Positions 8,598-23,565 of a DNA stretch of 26,946 bases are shown one piece after another (positions within the stretch are counted from its first letter, which is position 1; every line of letters begins with the position of its first letter). Source of the stretch: Macrostomum lignano. Taxonomy: Eukaryota. A program made the position numbers and the translations under genes. Below the pieces are notes generated by a model. That model searched no databases. It had not been told where the DNA came from and saw only the letters and a program-made list of their open reading frames with translations. The stretch is taken from contig NIVC01005076.1 in NCBI GenBank assembly GCA_002269645.1, forward strand, positions 1 to 26,946. The letters are read 5' to 3'.

Positions 8598-11500
8598 CGC
8601 TGTCAATATATAGAATTAAATGGAGAGCTTAGAAATGACACTCAATGGGGCTGATATACACAGGTGCAAAGATGACGCAGAGCCCGCTACTCTCAGCATC
8701 TCTAACTAGCCCTGTCGCTGTCAATATATAGAATTAAATGGAGAGCTTAGAAATGACACTCAATGGGGCTGATATACACAGGTGCAAAGATGACGCAGAG
8801 CCCGCTACTCTCAGCATCTCTAACTAGCCCTGTCGCTGTCAATATATAGAATTAAATGGAGAGCTTAGAAATGACACTCAATGGGGCTGATATACACAGG
8901 TGCAAAGATGACGCAGAGCCCGCTACTCTCAGCATCTCTAACTAGCCCTGTCGCTGTCAATATATAGAATTAAATGGAGAGCTTAGAAATGACACTCAAT
9001 GGGGCTGATATACACAGGTGCAAAGATGACGCAGAGCCCGCTACTCTCAGCATCTCTAACTAGCCCTGTCGCTGTCAATATATAGAATTAAATGGAGAGC
9101 TTAGAAATGACACTCAATGGGGCTGATATACACAGGTGCAAAGATGACGCAGAGCCCGCTACTCTCAGCATCTCTAACTAGCCCTGTCGCTGTCAATATA
9201 TAGAATTAAATGGAGAGCTTAGAAATGACACTCAATGGGGCTGATATACACAGGTGCAAAGATGACGCAGAGCCCGCTACTCTCAGCATCTCTAACTAGC
9301 CCTGTCGCTGTCAATATATAGAATTAAATGGAGAGCTTAGAAATGACACTCAATGGGGCTGATATACACAGGTGCAAAGATGACGCAGAGCCCGCTACTC
9401 TCAGCATCTCTAACTAGCCCTGTCGCTGTCAATATATAGAATTAAATGGAGAGCTTAGAAATGACACTCAATGGGGCTGATATACACAGGTGCAAAGATG
9501 ACGCAGAGCCCGCTACTCTCAGCATCTCTAACTAGCCCTGTCGCTGTCAATATATAGAATTAAATGGAGAGCTTAGAAATGACACTCAATGGGGCTGATA
9601 TACACAGGTGCAAAGATGACGCAGAGCCCGCTACTCTCAGCATCTCTAACTAGCCCTGTCGCTGTCAATATATAGAATTAAATGGAGAGCTTAGAAATGA
9701 CACTCAATGGGGCTGATATACACAGGTGCAAAGATGACGCAGAGCCCGCTACTCTCAGCATCTCTAACTAGCCCTGTCGCTGTCAATATATAGAATTAAA
9801 TGGAGAGCTTAGAAATGACACTCAATGGGGCTGATATACACAGGTGCAAAGATGACGCAGAGCCCGCTACTCTCAGCATCTCTAACTAGCCCTGTCGCTG
9901 TCAATATATAGAATTAAATGGAGAGCTTAGAAATGACACTCAATGGGGCTGATATACACAGGTGCAAAGATGACGCAGAGCCCGCTACTCTCAGCATCTC
10001 TAACTAGCCCTGTCGCTGTCAATATATAGAATTAAATGGAGAGCTTAGAAATGACACTCAATGGGGCTGATATACACAGGTGCAAAGATGACGCAGAGCC
10101 CGCTACTCTCAGCATCTCTAACTAGCCCTGTCGCTGTCAATATATAGAATTAAATGGAGAGCTTAGAAATGACACTCAATGGGGCTGATATACACAGGTG
10201 CAAAGATGACGCAGAGCCCGCTACTCTCAGCATCTCTAACTAGCCCTGTCGCTGTCAATATATAGAATTAAATGGAGAGCTTAGAAATGACACTCAATGG
10301 GGCTGATATACACAGGTGCAAAGATGACGCAGAGCCCGCTACTCTCAGCATCTCTAACTAGCCCTGTCGCTGTCAATATATAGAATTAAATGGAGAGCTT
10401 AGAAATGACACTCAATGGGGCTGATATACACAGGTGCAAAGATGACGCAGAGCCCGCTACTCTCAGCATCTCTAACTAGCCCTGTCGCTGTCAATATATA
10501 GAATTAAATGGAGAGCTTAGAAATGACACTCAATGGGGCTGATATACACAGGTGCAAAGATGACGCAGAGCCCGCTACTCTCAGCATCTCTAACTAGCCC
10601 TGTCGCTGTCAATATATAGAATTAAATGGAGAGCTTAGAAATGACACTCAATGGGGCTGATATACACAGGTGCAAAGATGACGCAGAGCCCGCTACTCTC
10701 AGCATCTCTAACTAGCCCTGTCGCTGTCAATATATAGAATTAAATGGAGAGCTTAGAAATGACACTCAATGGGGCTGATATACACAGGTGCAAAGATGAC
10801 GCAGAGCCCGCTACTCTCAGCATCTCTAACTAGCCCTGTCGCTGTCAATATATAGAATTAAATGGAGAGCTTAGAAATGACACTCAATGGGGCTGATATA
10901 CACAGGTGCAAAGATGACGCAGAGCCCGCTACTCTCAGCATCTCTAACTAGCCCTGTCGCTGTCAATATATAGAATTAAATGGAGAGCTTAGAAATGACA
11001 CTCAATGGGGCTGATATACACAGGTGCAAAGATGACGCAGAGCCCGCTACTCTCAGCATCTCTAACTAGCCCTGTCGCTGTCAATATATAGAATTAAATG
11101 GAGAGCTTAGAAATGACACTCAATGGGGCTGATATACACAGGTGCAAAGATGACGCAGAGCCGCTACTCTCAGCATCTCTAACTAGCCCTGTCGCTGTCA
11201 ATATATAGAATTAAATGGAGAGCTTAGAAATGACACTCAATGGGCTGATATACACAGGTGCAAAGATGACGCAGAGCCCGCTACTCTCAGCATCTCTAAC
11301 TAGCCCTGTCGCTGTCAATATATAGAATTAAATGGAGAGCTTAGAAATGACACTCAATGGGGCTGATATACACAGGTGCAAAGATGACGCAGAGCCCGCT
11401 ACTCTCAGCATCTCTAACTAGCCCTGTCGCTGTCAATATATAGAATTAAATGGAGAGCTTAGAAATGACACTCAATGGGGCTGATATACACAGGTGCAAA

Positions 11501-14500
11501 GATGACGCAGAGCCCGCTACTCTCAGCATCTCTAACTAGCCCTGTCGCTGTCAATATATAGAATTAAATGGAGAGCTTAGAAATGACACTCAATGGGGCT
11601 GATATACACAGGTGCAAAGATGACGCAGAGCCCGCTACTCTCAGCATCTCTAACTAGCCCTGTCGCTGTCAATATATAGAATTAAATGGAGAGCTTAGAA
11701 ATGACACTCAATGGGGCTGATATACACAGGTGCAAAGATGACGCAGAGCCCGCTACTCTCAGCATCTCTAACTAGCCCTGTCGCTGTCAATATATAGAAT
11801 TAAATGGAGAGCTTAGAAATGACACTCAATGGGGCTGATATACACAGGTGCAAAGATGACGCAGAGCCCGCTACTCTCAGCATCTCTAACTAGCCCTGTC
11901 GCTGTCAATATATAGAATTAAATGGAGAGCTTAGAAATGACACTCAATGGGGCTGATATACACAGGTGCAAAGATGACGCAGAGCCCGCTACTCTCAGCA
12001 TCTCTAACTAGCCCTGTCGCTGTCAATATATAGAATTAAATGGAGAGCTTAGAAATGACACTCAATGGGGCTGATATACACAGGTGCAAAGATGACGCAG
12101 AGCCCGCTACTCTCAGCATCTCTAACTAGCCCTGTCGCTGTCAATATATAGAATTAAATGGAGAGCTTAGAAATGACACTCAATGGGGCTGATATACACA
12201 GGTGCAAAGATGACGCAGAGCCCGCTACTCTCAGCATCTCTAACTAGCCCTGTCGCTGTCAATATATAGAATTAAATGGAGAGCTTAGAAATGACACTCA
12301 ATGGGGCTGATATACACAGGTGCAAAGATGACGCAGAGCCCGCTACTCTCAGCATCTCTAACTAGCCCTGTCGCTGTCAATATATAGAATTAAATGGAGA
12401 GCTTAGAAATGACACTCAATGGGGCTGATATACACAGGTGCAAAGATGACGCAGAGCCCGCTACTCTCAGCATCTCTAACTAGCCCTGTCGCTGTCAATA
12501 TATAGAATTAAATGGAGAGCTTAGAAATGACACTCAATGGGGCTGATATACACAGGTGCAAAGATGACGCAGAGCCCGCTACTCTCAGCATCTCTAACTA
12601 GCCCTGTCGCTGTCAATATATAGAATTAAATGGAGAGCTTAGAAATGACACTCAATGGGGCTGATATACACAGGTGCAAAGATGACGCAGAGCCCGCTAC
12701 TCTCAGCATCTCTAACTAGCCCTGTCGCTGTCAATATATAGAATTAAATGGAGAGCTTAGAAATGACACTCAATGGGGCTGATATACACAGGTGCAAAGA
12801 TGACGCAGAGCCCGCTACTCTCAGCATCTCTAACTAGCCCTGTCGCTGTCAATATATAGAATTAAATGGAGAGCTTAGAAATGACACTCAATGGGGCTGA
12901 TATACACAGGTGCAAAGATGACGCAGAGCCCGCTACTCTCAGCATCTCTAACTAGCCCTGTCGCTGTCAATATATAGAATTAAATGGAGAGCTTAGAAAT
13001 GACACTCAATGGGGCTGATATACACAGGTGCAAAGATGACGCAGAGCCCGCTACTCTCAGCATCTCTAACTAGCCCTGTCGCTGTCAATATATAGAATTA
13101 AATGGAGAGCTTAGAAATGACACTCAATGGGGCTGATATACACAGGTGCAAAGATGACGCAGAGCCCGCTACTCTCAGCATCTCTAACTAGCCCTGTCGC
13201 TGTCAATATATAGAATTAAATGGAGAGCTTAGAAATGACACTCAATGGGGCTGATATACACAGGTGCAAAGATGACGCAGAGCCCGCTACTCTCAGCATC
13301 TCTAACTAGCCCTGTCGCTGTCAATATATAGAATTAAATGGAGAGCTTAGAAATGACACTCAATGGGGCTGATATACACAGGTGCAAAGATGACGCAGAG
13401 CCCGCTACTCTCAGCATCTCTAACTAGCCCTGTCGCTGTCAATATATAGAATTAAATGGAGAGCTTAGAAATGACACTCAATGGGGCTGATATACACAGG
13501 TGCAAAGATGACGCAGAGCCCGCTACTCTCAGCATCTCTAACTAGCCCTGTCGCTGTCAATATATAGAATTAAATGGAGAGCTTAGAAATGACACTCAAT
13601 GGGGCTGATATACACAGGTGCAAAGATGACGCAGAGCCCGCTACTCTCAGCATCTCTAACTAGCCCTGTCGCTGTCAATATATAGAATTAAATGGAGAGC
13701 TTAGAAATGACACTCAATGGGGCTGATATACACAGGTGCAAAGATGACGCAGAGCCCGCTACTCTCAGCATCTCTAACTAGCCCTGTCGCTGTCAATATA
13801 TAGAATTAAATGGAGAGCTTAGAAATGACACTCAATGGGGCTGATATACACAGGTGCAAAGATGACGCAGAGCCCGCTACTCTCAGCATCTCTAACTAGC
13901 CCTGTCGCTGTCAATATATAGAATTAAATGGAGAGCTTAGAAATGACACTCAATGGGGCTGATATACACAGGTGCAAAGATGACGCAGAGCCCGCTACTC
14001 TCAGCATCTCTAACTAGCCCTGTCGCTGTCAATATATAGAATTAAATGGAGAGCTTAGAAATGACACTCAATGGGGCTGATATACACAGGTGCAAAGATG
14101 ACGCAGAGCCCGCTACTCTCAGCATCTCTAACTAGCCCTGTCGCTGTCAATATATAGAATTAAATGGAGAGCTTAGAAATGACACTCAATGGGGCTGATA
14201 TACACAGGTGCAAAGATGACGCAGAGCCCGCTACTCTCAGCATCTCTAACTAGCCCTGTCGCTGTCAATATATAGAATTAAATGGAGAGCTTAGAAATGA
14301 CACTCAATGGGGCTGATATACACAGGTGCAAAGATGACGCAGAGCCCGCTACTCTCAGCATCTCTAACTAGCCCTGTCGCTGTCAATATATAGAATTAAA
14401 TGGAGAGCTTAGAAATGACACTCAATGGGGCTGATATACACAGGTGCAAAGATGACGCAGAGCCCGCTACTCTCAGCATCTCTAACTAGCCCTGTCGCTG

Positions 14501-17500
14501 TCAATATATAGAATTAAATGGAGAGCTTAGAAATGACACTCAATGGGGCTGATATACACAGGTGCAAAGATGACGCAGAGCCCGCTACTCTCAGCATCTC
14601 TAACTAGCCCTGTCGCTGTCAATATATAGAATTAAATGGAGAGCTTAGAAATGACACTCAATGGGGCTGATATACACAGGTGCAAAGATGACGCAGAGCC
14701 CGCTACTCTCAGCATCTCTAACTAGCCCTGTCGCTGTCAATATATAGAATTAAATGGAGAGCTTAGAAATGACACTCAATGGGGCTGATATACACAGGTG
14801 CAAAGATGACGCAGAGCCCGCTACTCTCAGCATCTCTAACTAGCCCTGTCGCTGTCAATATATAGAATTAAATGGAGAGCTTAGAAATGACACTCAATGG
14901 GGCTGATATACACAGGTGCAAAGATGACGCAGAGCCCGCTACTCTCAGCATCTCTAACTAGCCCTGTCGCTGTCAATATATAGAATTAAATGGAGAGCTT
15001 AGAAATGACACTCAATGGGGCTGATATACACAGGTGCAAAGATGACGCAGAGCCCGCTACTCTCAGCATCTCTAACTAGCCCTGTCGCTGTCAATATATA
15101 GAATTAAATGGAGAGCTTAGAAATGACACTCAATGGGGCTGATATACACAGGTGCAAAGATGACGCAGAGCCCGCTACTCTCAGCATCTCTAACTAGCCC
15201 TGTCGCTGTCAATATATAGAATTAAATGGAGAGCTTAGAAATGACACTCAATGGGGCTGATATACACAGGTGCAAAGATGACGCAGAGCCCGCTACTCTC
15301 AGCATCTCTAACTAGCCCTGTCGCTGTCAATATATAGAATTAAATGGAGAGCTTAGAAATGACACTCAATGGGGCTGATATACACAGGTGCAAAGATGAC
15401 GCAGAGCCCGCTACTCTCAGCATCTCTAACTAGCCCTGTCGCTGTCAATATATAGAATTAAATGGAGAGCTTAGAAATGACACTCAATGGGGCTGATATA
15501 CACAGGTGCAAAGATGACGCAGAGCCCGCTACTCTCAGCATCTCTAACTAGCCCTGTCGCTGTCAATATATAGAATTAAATGGAGAGCTTAGAAATGACA
15601 CTCAATGGGGCTGATATACACAGGTGCAAAGATGACGCAGAGCCCGCTACTCTCAGCATCTCTAACTAGCCCTGTCGCTGTCAATATATAGAATTAAATG
15701 GAGAGCTTAGAAATGACACTCAATGGGGCTGATATACACAGGTGCAAAGATGACGCAGAGCCCGCTACTCTCAGCATCTCTAACTAGCCCTGTCGCTGTC
15801 AATATATAGAATTAAATGGAGAGCTTAGAAATGACACTCAATGGGGCTGATATACACAGGTGCAAAGATGACGCAGAGCCCGCTACTCTCAGCATCTCTA
15901 ACTAGCCCTGTCGCTGTCAATATATAGAATTAAATGGAGAGCTTAGAAATGACACTCAATGGGGCTGATATACACAGGTGCAAAGATGACGCAGAGCCCG
16001 CTACTCTCAGCATCTCTAACTAGCCCTGTCGCTGTCAATATATAGAATTAAATGGAGAGCTTAGAAATGACACTCAATGGGGCTGATATACACAGGTGCA
16101 AAGATGACGCAGAGCCCGCTACTCTCAGCATCTCTAACTAGCCCTGTCGCTGTCAATATATAGAATTAAATGGAGAGCTTAGAAATGACACTCAATGGGG
16201 CTGATATACACAGGTGCAAAGATGACGCAGAGCCCGCTACTCTCAGCATCTCTAACTAGCCCTGTCGCTGTCAATATATAGAATTAAATGGAGAGCTTAG
16301 AAATGACACTCAATGGGGCTGATATACACAGGTGCAAAGATGACGCAGAGCCCGCTACTCTCAGCATCTCTAACTAGCCCTGTCGCTGTCAATATATAGA
16401 ATTAAATGGAGAGCTTAGAAATGACACTCAATGGGGCTGATATACACAGGTGCAAAGATGACGCAGAGCCCGCTACTCTCAGCATCTCTAACTAGCCCTG
16501 TCGCTGTCAATATATAGAATTAAATGGAGAGCTTAGAAATGACACTCAATGGGGCTGATATACACAGGTGCAAAGATGACGCAGAGCCCGCTACTCTCAG
16601 CATCTCTAACTAGCCCTGTCGCTGTCAATATATAGAATTAAATGGAGAGCTTAGAAATGACACTCAATGGGGCTGATATACACAGGTGCAAAGATGACGC
16701 AGAGCCCGCTACTCTCAGCATCTCTAACTAGCCCTGTCGCTGTCAATATATAGAATTAAATGGAGAGCTTAGAAATGACACTCAATGGGGCTGATATACA
16801 CAGGTGCAAAGATGACGCAGAGCCCGCTACTCTCAGCATCTCTAACTAGCCCTGTCGCTGTCAATATATAGAATTAAATGGAGAGCTTAGAAATGACACT
16901 CAATGGGGCTGATATACACAGGTGCAAAGATGACGCAGAGCCCGCTACTCTCAGCATCTCTAACTAGCCCTGTCGCTGTCAATATATAGAATTAAATGGA
17001 GAGCTTAGAAATGACACTCAATGGGGCTGATATACACAGGTGCAAAGATGACGCAGAGCCCGCTACTCTCAGCATCTCTAACTAGCCCTGTCGCTGTCAA
17101 TATATAGAATTAAATGGAGAGCTTAGAAATGACACTCAATGGGGCTGATATACACAGGTGCAAAGATGACGCAGAGCCCGCTACTCTCAGCATCTCTAAC
17201 TAGCCCTGTCGCTGTCAATATATAGAATTAAATGGAGAGCTTAGAAATGACACTCAATGGGGCTGATATACACAGGTGCAAAGATGACGCAGAGCCCGCT
17301 ACTCTCAGCATCTCTAACTAGCCCTGTCGCTGTCAATATATAGAATTAAATGGAGAGCTTAGAAATGACACTCAATGGGGCTGATATACACAGGTGCAAA
17401 GATGACGCAGAGCCCGCTACTCTCAGCATCTCTAACTAGCCCTGTCGCTGTCAATATATAGAATTAAATGGAGAGCTTAGAAATGACACTCAATGGGGCT

Positions 17501-20500
17501 GATATACACAGGTGCAAAGATGACGCAGAGCCCGCTACTCTCAGCATCTCTAACTAGCCCTGTCGCTGTCAATATATAGAATTAAATGGAGAGCTTAGAA
17601 ATGACACTCAATGGGGCTGATATACACAGGTGCAAAGATGACGCAGAGCCCGCTACTCTCAGCATCTCTAACTAGCCCTGTCGCTGTCAATATATAGAAT
17701 TAAATGGAGAGCTTAGAAATGACACTCAATGGGGCTGATATACACAGGTGCAAAGATGACGCAGAGCCCGCTACTCTCAGCATCTCTAACTAGCCCTGTC
17801 GCTGTCAATATATAGAATTAAATGGAGAGCTTAGAAATGACACTCAATGGGGCTGATATACACAGGTGCAAAGATGACGCAGAGCCCGCTACTCTCAGCA
17901 TCTCTAACTAGCCCTGTCGCTGTCAATATATAGAATTAAATGGAGAGCTTAGAAATGACACTCAATGGGGCTGATATACACAGGTGCAAAGATGACGCAG
18001 AGCCCGCTACTCTCAGCATCTCTAACTAGCCCTGTCGCTGTCAATATATAGAATTAAATGGAGAGCTTAGAAATGACACTCAATGGGGCTGATATACACA
18101 GGTGCAAAGATGACGCAGAGCCCGCTACTCTCAGCATCTCTAACTAGCCCTGTCGCTGTCAATATATAGAATTAAATGGAGAGCTTAGAAATGACACTCA
18201 ATGGGGCTGATATACACAGGTGCAAAGATGACGCAGAGCCCGCTACTCTCAGCATCTCTAACTAGCCCTGTCGCTGTCAATATATAGAATTAAATGGAGA
18301 GCTTAGAAATGACACTCAATGGGGCTGATATACACAGGTGCAAAGATGACGCAGAGCCCGCTACTCTCAGCATCTCTAACTAGCCCTGTCGCTGTCAATA
18401 TATAGAATTAAATGGAGAGCTTAGAAATGACACTCAATGGGGCTGATATACACAGGTGCAAAGATGACGCAGAGCCCGCTACTCTCAGCATCTCTAACTA
18501 GCCCTGTCGCTGTCAATATATAGAATTAAATGGAGAGCTTAGAAATGACACTCAATGGGGCTGATATACACAGGTGCAAAGATGACGCAGAGCCCGCTAC
18601 TCTCAGCATCTCTAACTAGCCCTGTCGCTGTCAATATATAGAATTAAATGGAGAGCTTAGAAATGACACTCAATGGGGCTGATATACACAGGTGCAAAGA
18701 TGACGCAGAGCCCGCTACTCTCAGCATCTCTAACTAGCCCTGTCGCTGTCAATATATAGAATTAAATGGAGAGCTTAGAAATGACACTCAATGGGGCTGA
18801 TATACACAGGTGCAAAGATGACGCAGAGCCCGCTACTCTCAGCATCTCTAACTAGCCCTGTCGCTGTCAATATATAGAATTAAATGGAGAGCTTAGAAAT
18901 GACACTCAATGGGGCTGATATACACAGGTGCAAAGATGACGCAGAGCCCGCTACTCTCAGCATCTCTAACTAGCCCTGTCGCTGTCAATATATAGAATTA
19001 AATGGAGAGCTTAGAAATGACACTCAATGGGGCTGATATACACAGGTGCAAAGATGACGCAGAGCCCGCTACTCTCAGCATCTCTAACTAGCCCTGTCGC
19101 TGTCAATATATAGAATTAAATGGAGAGCTTAGAAATGACACTCAATGGGGCTGATATACACAGGTGCAAAGATGACGCAGAGCCCGCTACTCTCAGCATC
19201 TCTAACTAGCCCTGTCGCTGTCAATATATAGAATTAAATGGAGAGCTTAGAAATGACACTCAATGGGGCTGATATACACAGGTGCAAAGATGACGCAGAG
19301 CCCGCTACTCTCAGCATCTCTAACTAGCCCTGTCGCTGTCAATATATAGAATTAAATGGAGAGCTTAGAAATGACACTCAATGGGGCTGATATACACAGG
19401 TGCAAAGATGACGCAGAGCCCGCTACTCTCAGCATCTCTAACTAGCCCTGTCGCTGTCAATATATAGAATTAAATGGAGAGCTTAGAAATGACACTCAAT
19501 GGGGCTGATATACACAGGTGCAAAGATGACGCAGAGCCCGCTACTCTCAGCATCTCTAACTAGCCCTGTCGCTGTCAATATATAGAATTAAATGGAGAGC
19601 TTAGAAATGACACTCAATGGGGCTGATATACACAGGTGCAAAGATGACGCAGAGCCCGCTACTCTCAGCATCTCTAACTAGCCCTGTCGCTGTCAATATA
19701 TAGAATTAAATGGAGAGCTTAGAAATGACACTCAATGGGGCTGATATACACAGGTGCAAAGATGACGCAGAGCCCGCTACTCTCAGCATCTCTAACTAGC
19801 CCTGTCGCTGTCAATATATAGAATTAAATGGAGAGCTTAGAAATGACACTCAATGGGGCTGATATACACAGGTGCAAAGATGACGCAGAGCCCGCTACTC
19901 TCAGCATCTCTAACTAGCCCTGTCGCTGTCAATATATAGAATTAAATGGAGAGCTTAGAAATGACACTCAATGGGGCTGATATACACAGGTGCAAAGATG
20001 ACGCAGAGCCCGCTACTCTCAGCATCTCTAACTAGCCCTGTCGCTGTCAATATATAGAATTAAATGGAGAGCTTAGAAATGACACTCAATGGGGCTGATA
20101 TACACAGGTGCAAAGATGACGCAGAGCCCGCTACTCTCAGCATCTCTAACTAGCCCTGTCGCTGTCAATATATAGAATTAAATGGAGAGCTTAGAAATGA
20201 CACTCAATGGGGCTGATATACACAGGTGCAAAGATGACGCAGAGCCCGCTACTCTCAGCATCTCTAACTAGCCCTGTCGCTGTCAATATATAGAATTAAA
20301 TGGAGAGCTTAGAAATGACACTCAATGGGGCTGATATACACAGGTGCAAAGATGACGCAGAGCCCGCTACTCTCAGCATCTCTAACTAGCCCTGTCGCTG
20401 TCAATATATAGAATTAAATGGAGAGCTTAGAAATGACACTCAATGGGGCTGATATACACAGGTGCAAAGATGACGCAGAGCCCGCTACTCTCAGCATCTC

Positions 20501-21764
20501 TAACTAGCCCTGTCGCTGTCAATATATAGAATTAAATGGAGAGCTTAGAAATGACACTCAATGGGGCTGATATACACAGGTGCAAAGATGACGCAGAGCC
20601 CGCTACTCTCAGCATCTCTAACTAGCCCTGTCGCTGTCAATATATAGAATTAAATGGAGAGCTTAGAAATGACACTCAATGGGGCTGATATACACAGGTG
20701 CAAAGATGACGCAGAGCCCGCTACTCTCAGCATCTCTAACTAGCCCTGTCGCTGTCAATATATAGAATTAAATGGAGAGCTTAGAAATGACACTCAATGG
20801 GGCTGATATACACAGGTGCAAAGATGACGCAGAGCCCGCTACTCTCAGCATCTCTAACTAGCCCTGTCGCTGTCAATATATAGAATTAAATGGAGAGCTT
20901 AGAAATGACACTCAATGGGGCTGATATACACAGGTGCAAAGATGACGCAGAGCCCGCTACTCTCAGCATCTCTAACTAGCCCTGTCGCTGTCAATATATA
21001 GAATTAAATGGAGAGCTTAGAAATGACACTCAATGGGGCTGATATACACAGGTGCAAAGATGACGCAGAGCCCGCTACACTCAGCATCTCTAACTAGCCC
21101 TGTCGCTGTCAATATATAGAATTAAATGGAGAGCTTAGAAATGACACTCAATGGGGCTGATATACACAGGTGCAAAGATGACGCAGAGCCCGCTACACTC
21201 AGCATCTCTAACTAGCCCTGTCGCTGTCAATATATAGAATTAAATGGAGAGCTTAGAAATGACACTCAATGGGGCTGATATACACAGGTGCAAAGATGAC
21301 GCAGAGCCCGCTACTCAGCATCTCTAACTAGCCCTGTCGCTGTCAATATATAGAATTAAATGGAGAGCTTAGAAATGACACTCAATGGGGCTGATATACA
21401 CAGGTGCAAAGATGACGCAGAGCCCGCTACTCTCAGCATCTCTAACTAGCCCTGTCGCTGTCAATATATAGAATTAAATGGAGAGCTTAGAAATGACACT
21501 CAATGGGGCTGATATACACAGGTGCAAAGATGACGCAGAGCCCGCTACTCTCAGCATCTCTAACTAGCCCTGTCGCTGTCAATATATAGAATTAAATGGA
21601 GAGCTTAGAAATGACACTCAATGGGGCTGATATACACAGGTGCAAAGATGACGCAGAGCCCGCTACTCTCAGCATCTCTAACTAGCCCTGTCGCTGTCAA
21701 TATATAGAATTAAATGGAGAGCTTAGAAATGACACTCAATGGGGCTGATATACGCAGGTGCAAA
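8598..21764. repeat. 118-bp satellite array, ~111.6 near-identical copies
   Basis: Unit GCTGTCAATATATAGAATTAAATGGAGAGCTTAGAAATGACACTCAATGGGGCTGATATACACAGGTGCAAAGATGACGCAGAGCCCGCTACTCTCAGCATCTCTAACTAGCCCTGTC. Unit starts fall at 8599+118n up to 11077, are offset -2 from 11311 to 20987, and the last is at 21693 (offset -4). Monomer ~45% GC; the ORF track shows no ORF in the array. Confidence 0.99.
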
Positions 21765-22357
21765 TATTGTTATTTACATAGTTATTTGAATAACTATAAC
21801 TTCAAATAGTTTTTCGAAGGATTGTAGTTTTGTCTCTTGAAGTCTAATATGTGTCTTTGTTTTTCTCCTTAAAGTAGTGTATCTGATTTTAGCTTTATTT
21901 TTGTTGGGATAGGGAAAATCTTGTGTTGTTTTATTGGTTTAAGTTTCGTCATTTTTTATATGGGGTATATTTAGAATATATCCTTTTTTGAAACGGTAAT
22001 TTTTTGCGCGTCATTTTTAGTTACTTAGAGGATATATTCGATTGTGTCATTTCTACATTCTGCGTCATCCAAACGCCCCTCCTTCTCTCTTTCTCTCCTC
22101 CCGTAAGTCGTTGAGTAAAAATAAACACTGCACTCACTTTGGAGACTTAGCAGCTGCAGCTTTCTGACCGCTTCACCCTTAGCCCGTGTCATTTGGCTAT
22201 CTGTTTAGAATTTAGATCCTCTGTATCACTATGGATTATCATGGATTATCACTAGTAGGGCTACCTGGGATTAGTGTTCTTGTCCTGCTGCTTTTGGAGT
22301 TCAAATTATATTATAATCATTATTGTTTCTAAAAATGCCTCCTTGGATGAGGAATAC

Positions 22358-23122
<765 letters not shown>

Positions 23123-23565
23123 TTCTCTCTCCAATTCCTGCTGGCCTCATCTTGCCAATTAATTTTGCGCTCACCGTCACGAAATTTGGCGTGTCGACCG
23201 GGCCGAGCGCCCCGCTGTGGCGGCGGCTGCCAGCCAGAAGCCAATCAGAGATCGGAGCGCCGCGGGAGCCTCTCAGGAGACTCAGTATTAATCCGGCTGC
23301 GATTCTCAGAGATTTACTTCATTTAGCTTTATCCATCCCTCCAAGAATCCAGATTTCAATTCCCACATCGAGCAGTTGGCAGAAAATGTCGAAGAACAGA
23401 GACAAGCGACGCCTGCTGCTTGAGGTGCCGCCCGCCGTGTTTGAGAGCTGCGGATCTGATGGTGAGCATCTTCTAAGCGCTGGGAATTCAAGGCTCACTG
23501 GCTTCTCATTGGTGGCCTTCCTACCTGTTGCGGAATTGCTTTACCTTCCATTCACTTTTCTAAAC

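Noticed and set aside
8598-21764. 118-bp array as 5S rDNA, a tRNA/snRNA cluster or a CRISPR array
   Set aside because: The length resembles 5S, but I find no 5S sequence, no Pol III A/B/C boxes and no cloverleaf. The units are identical with no unique spacers, and there are no cas genes.
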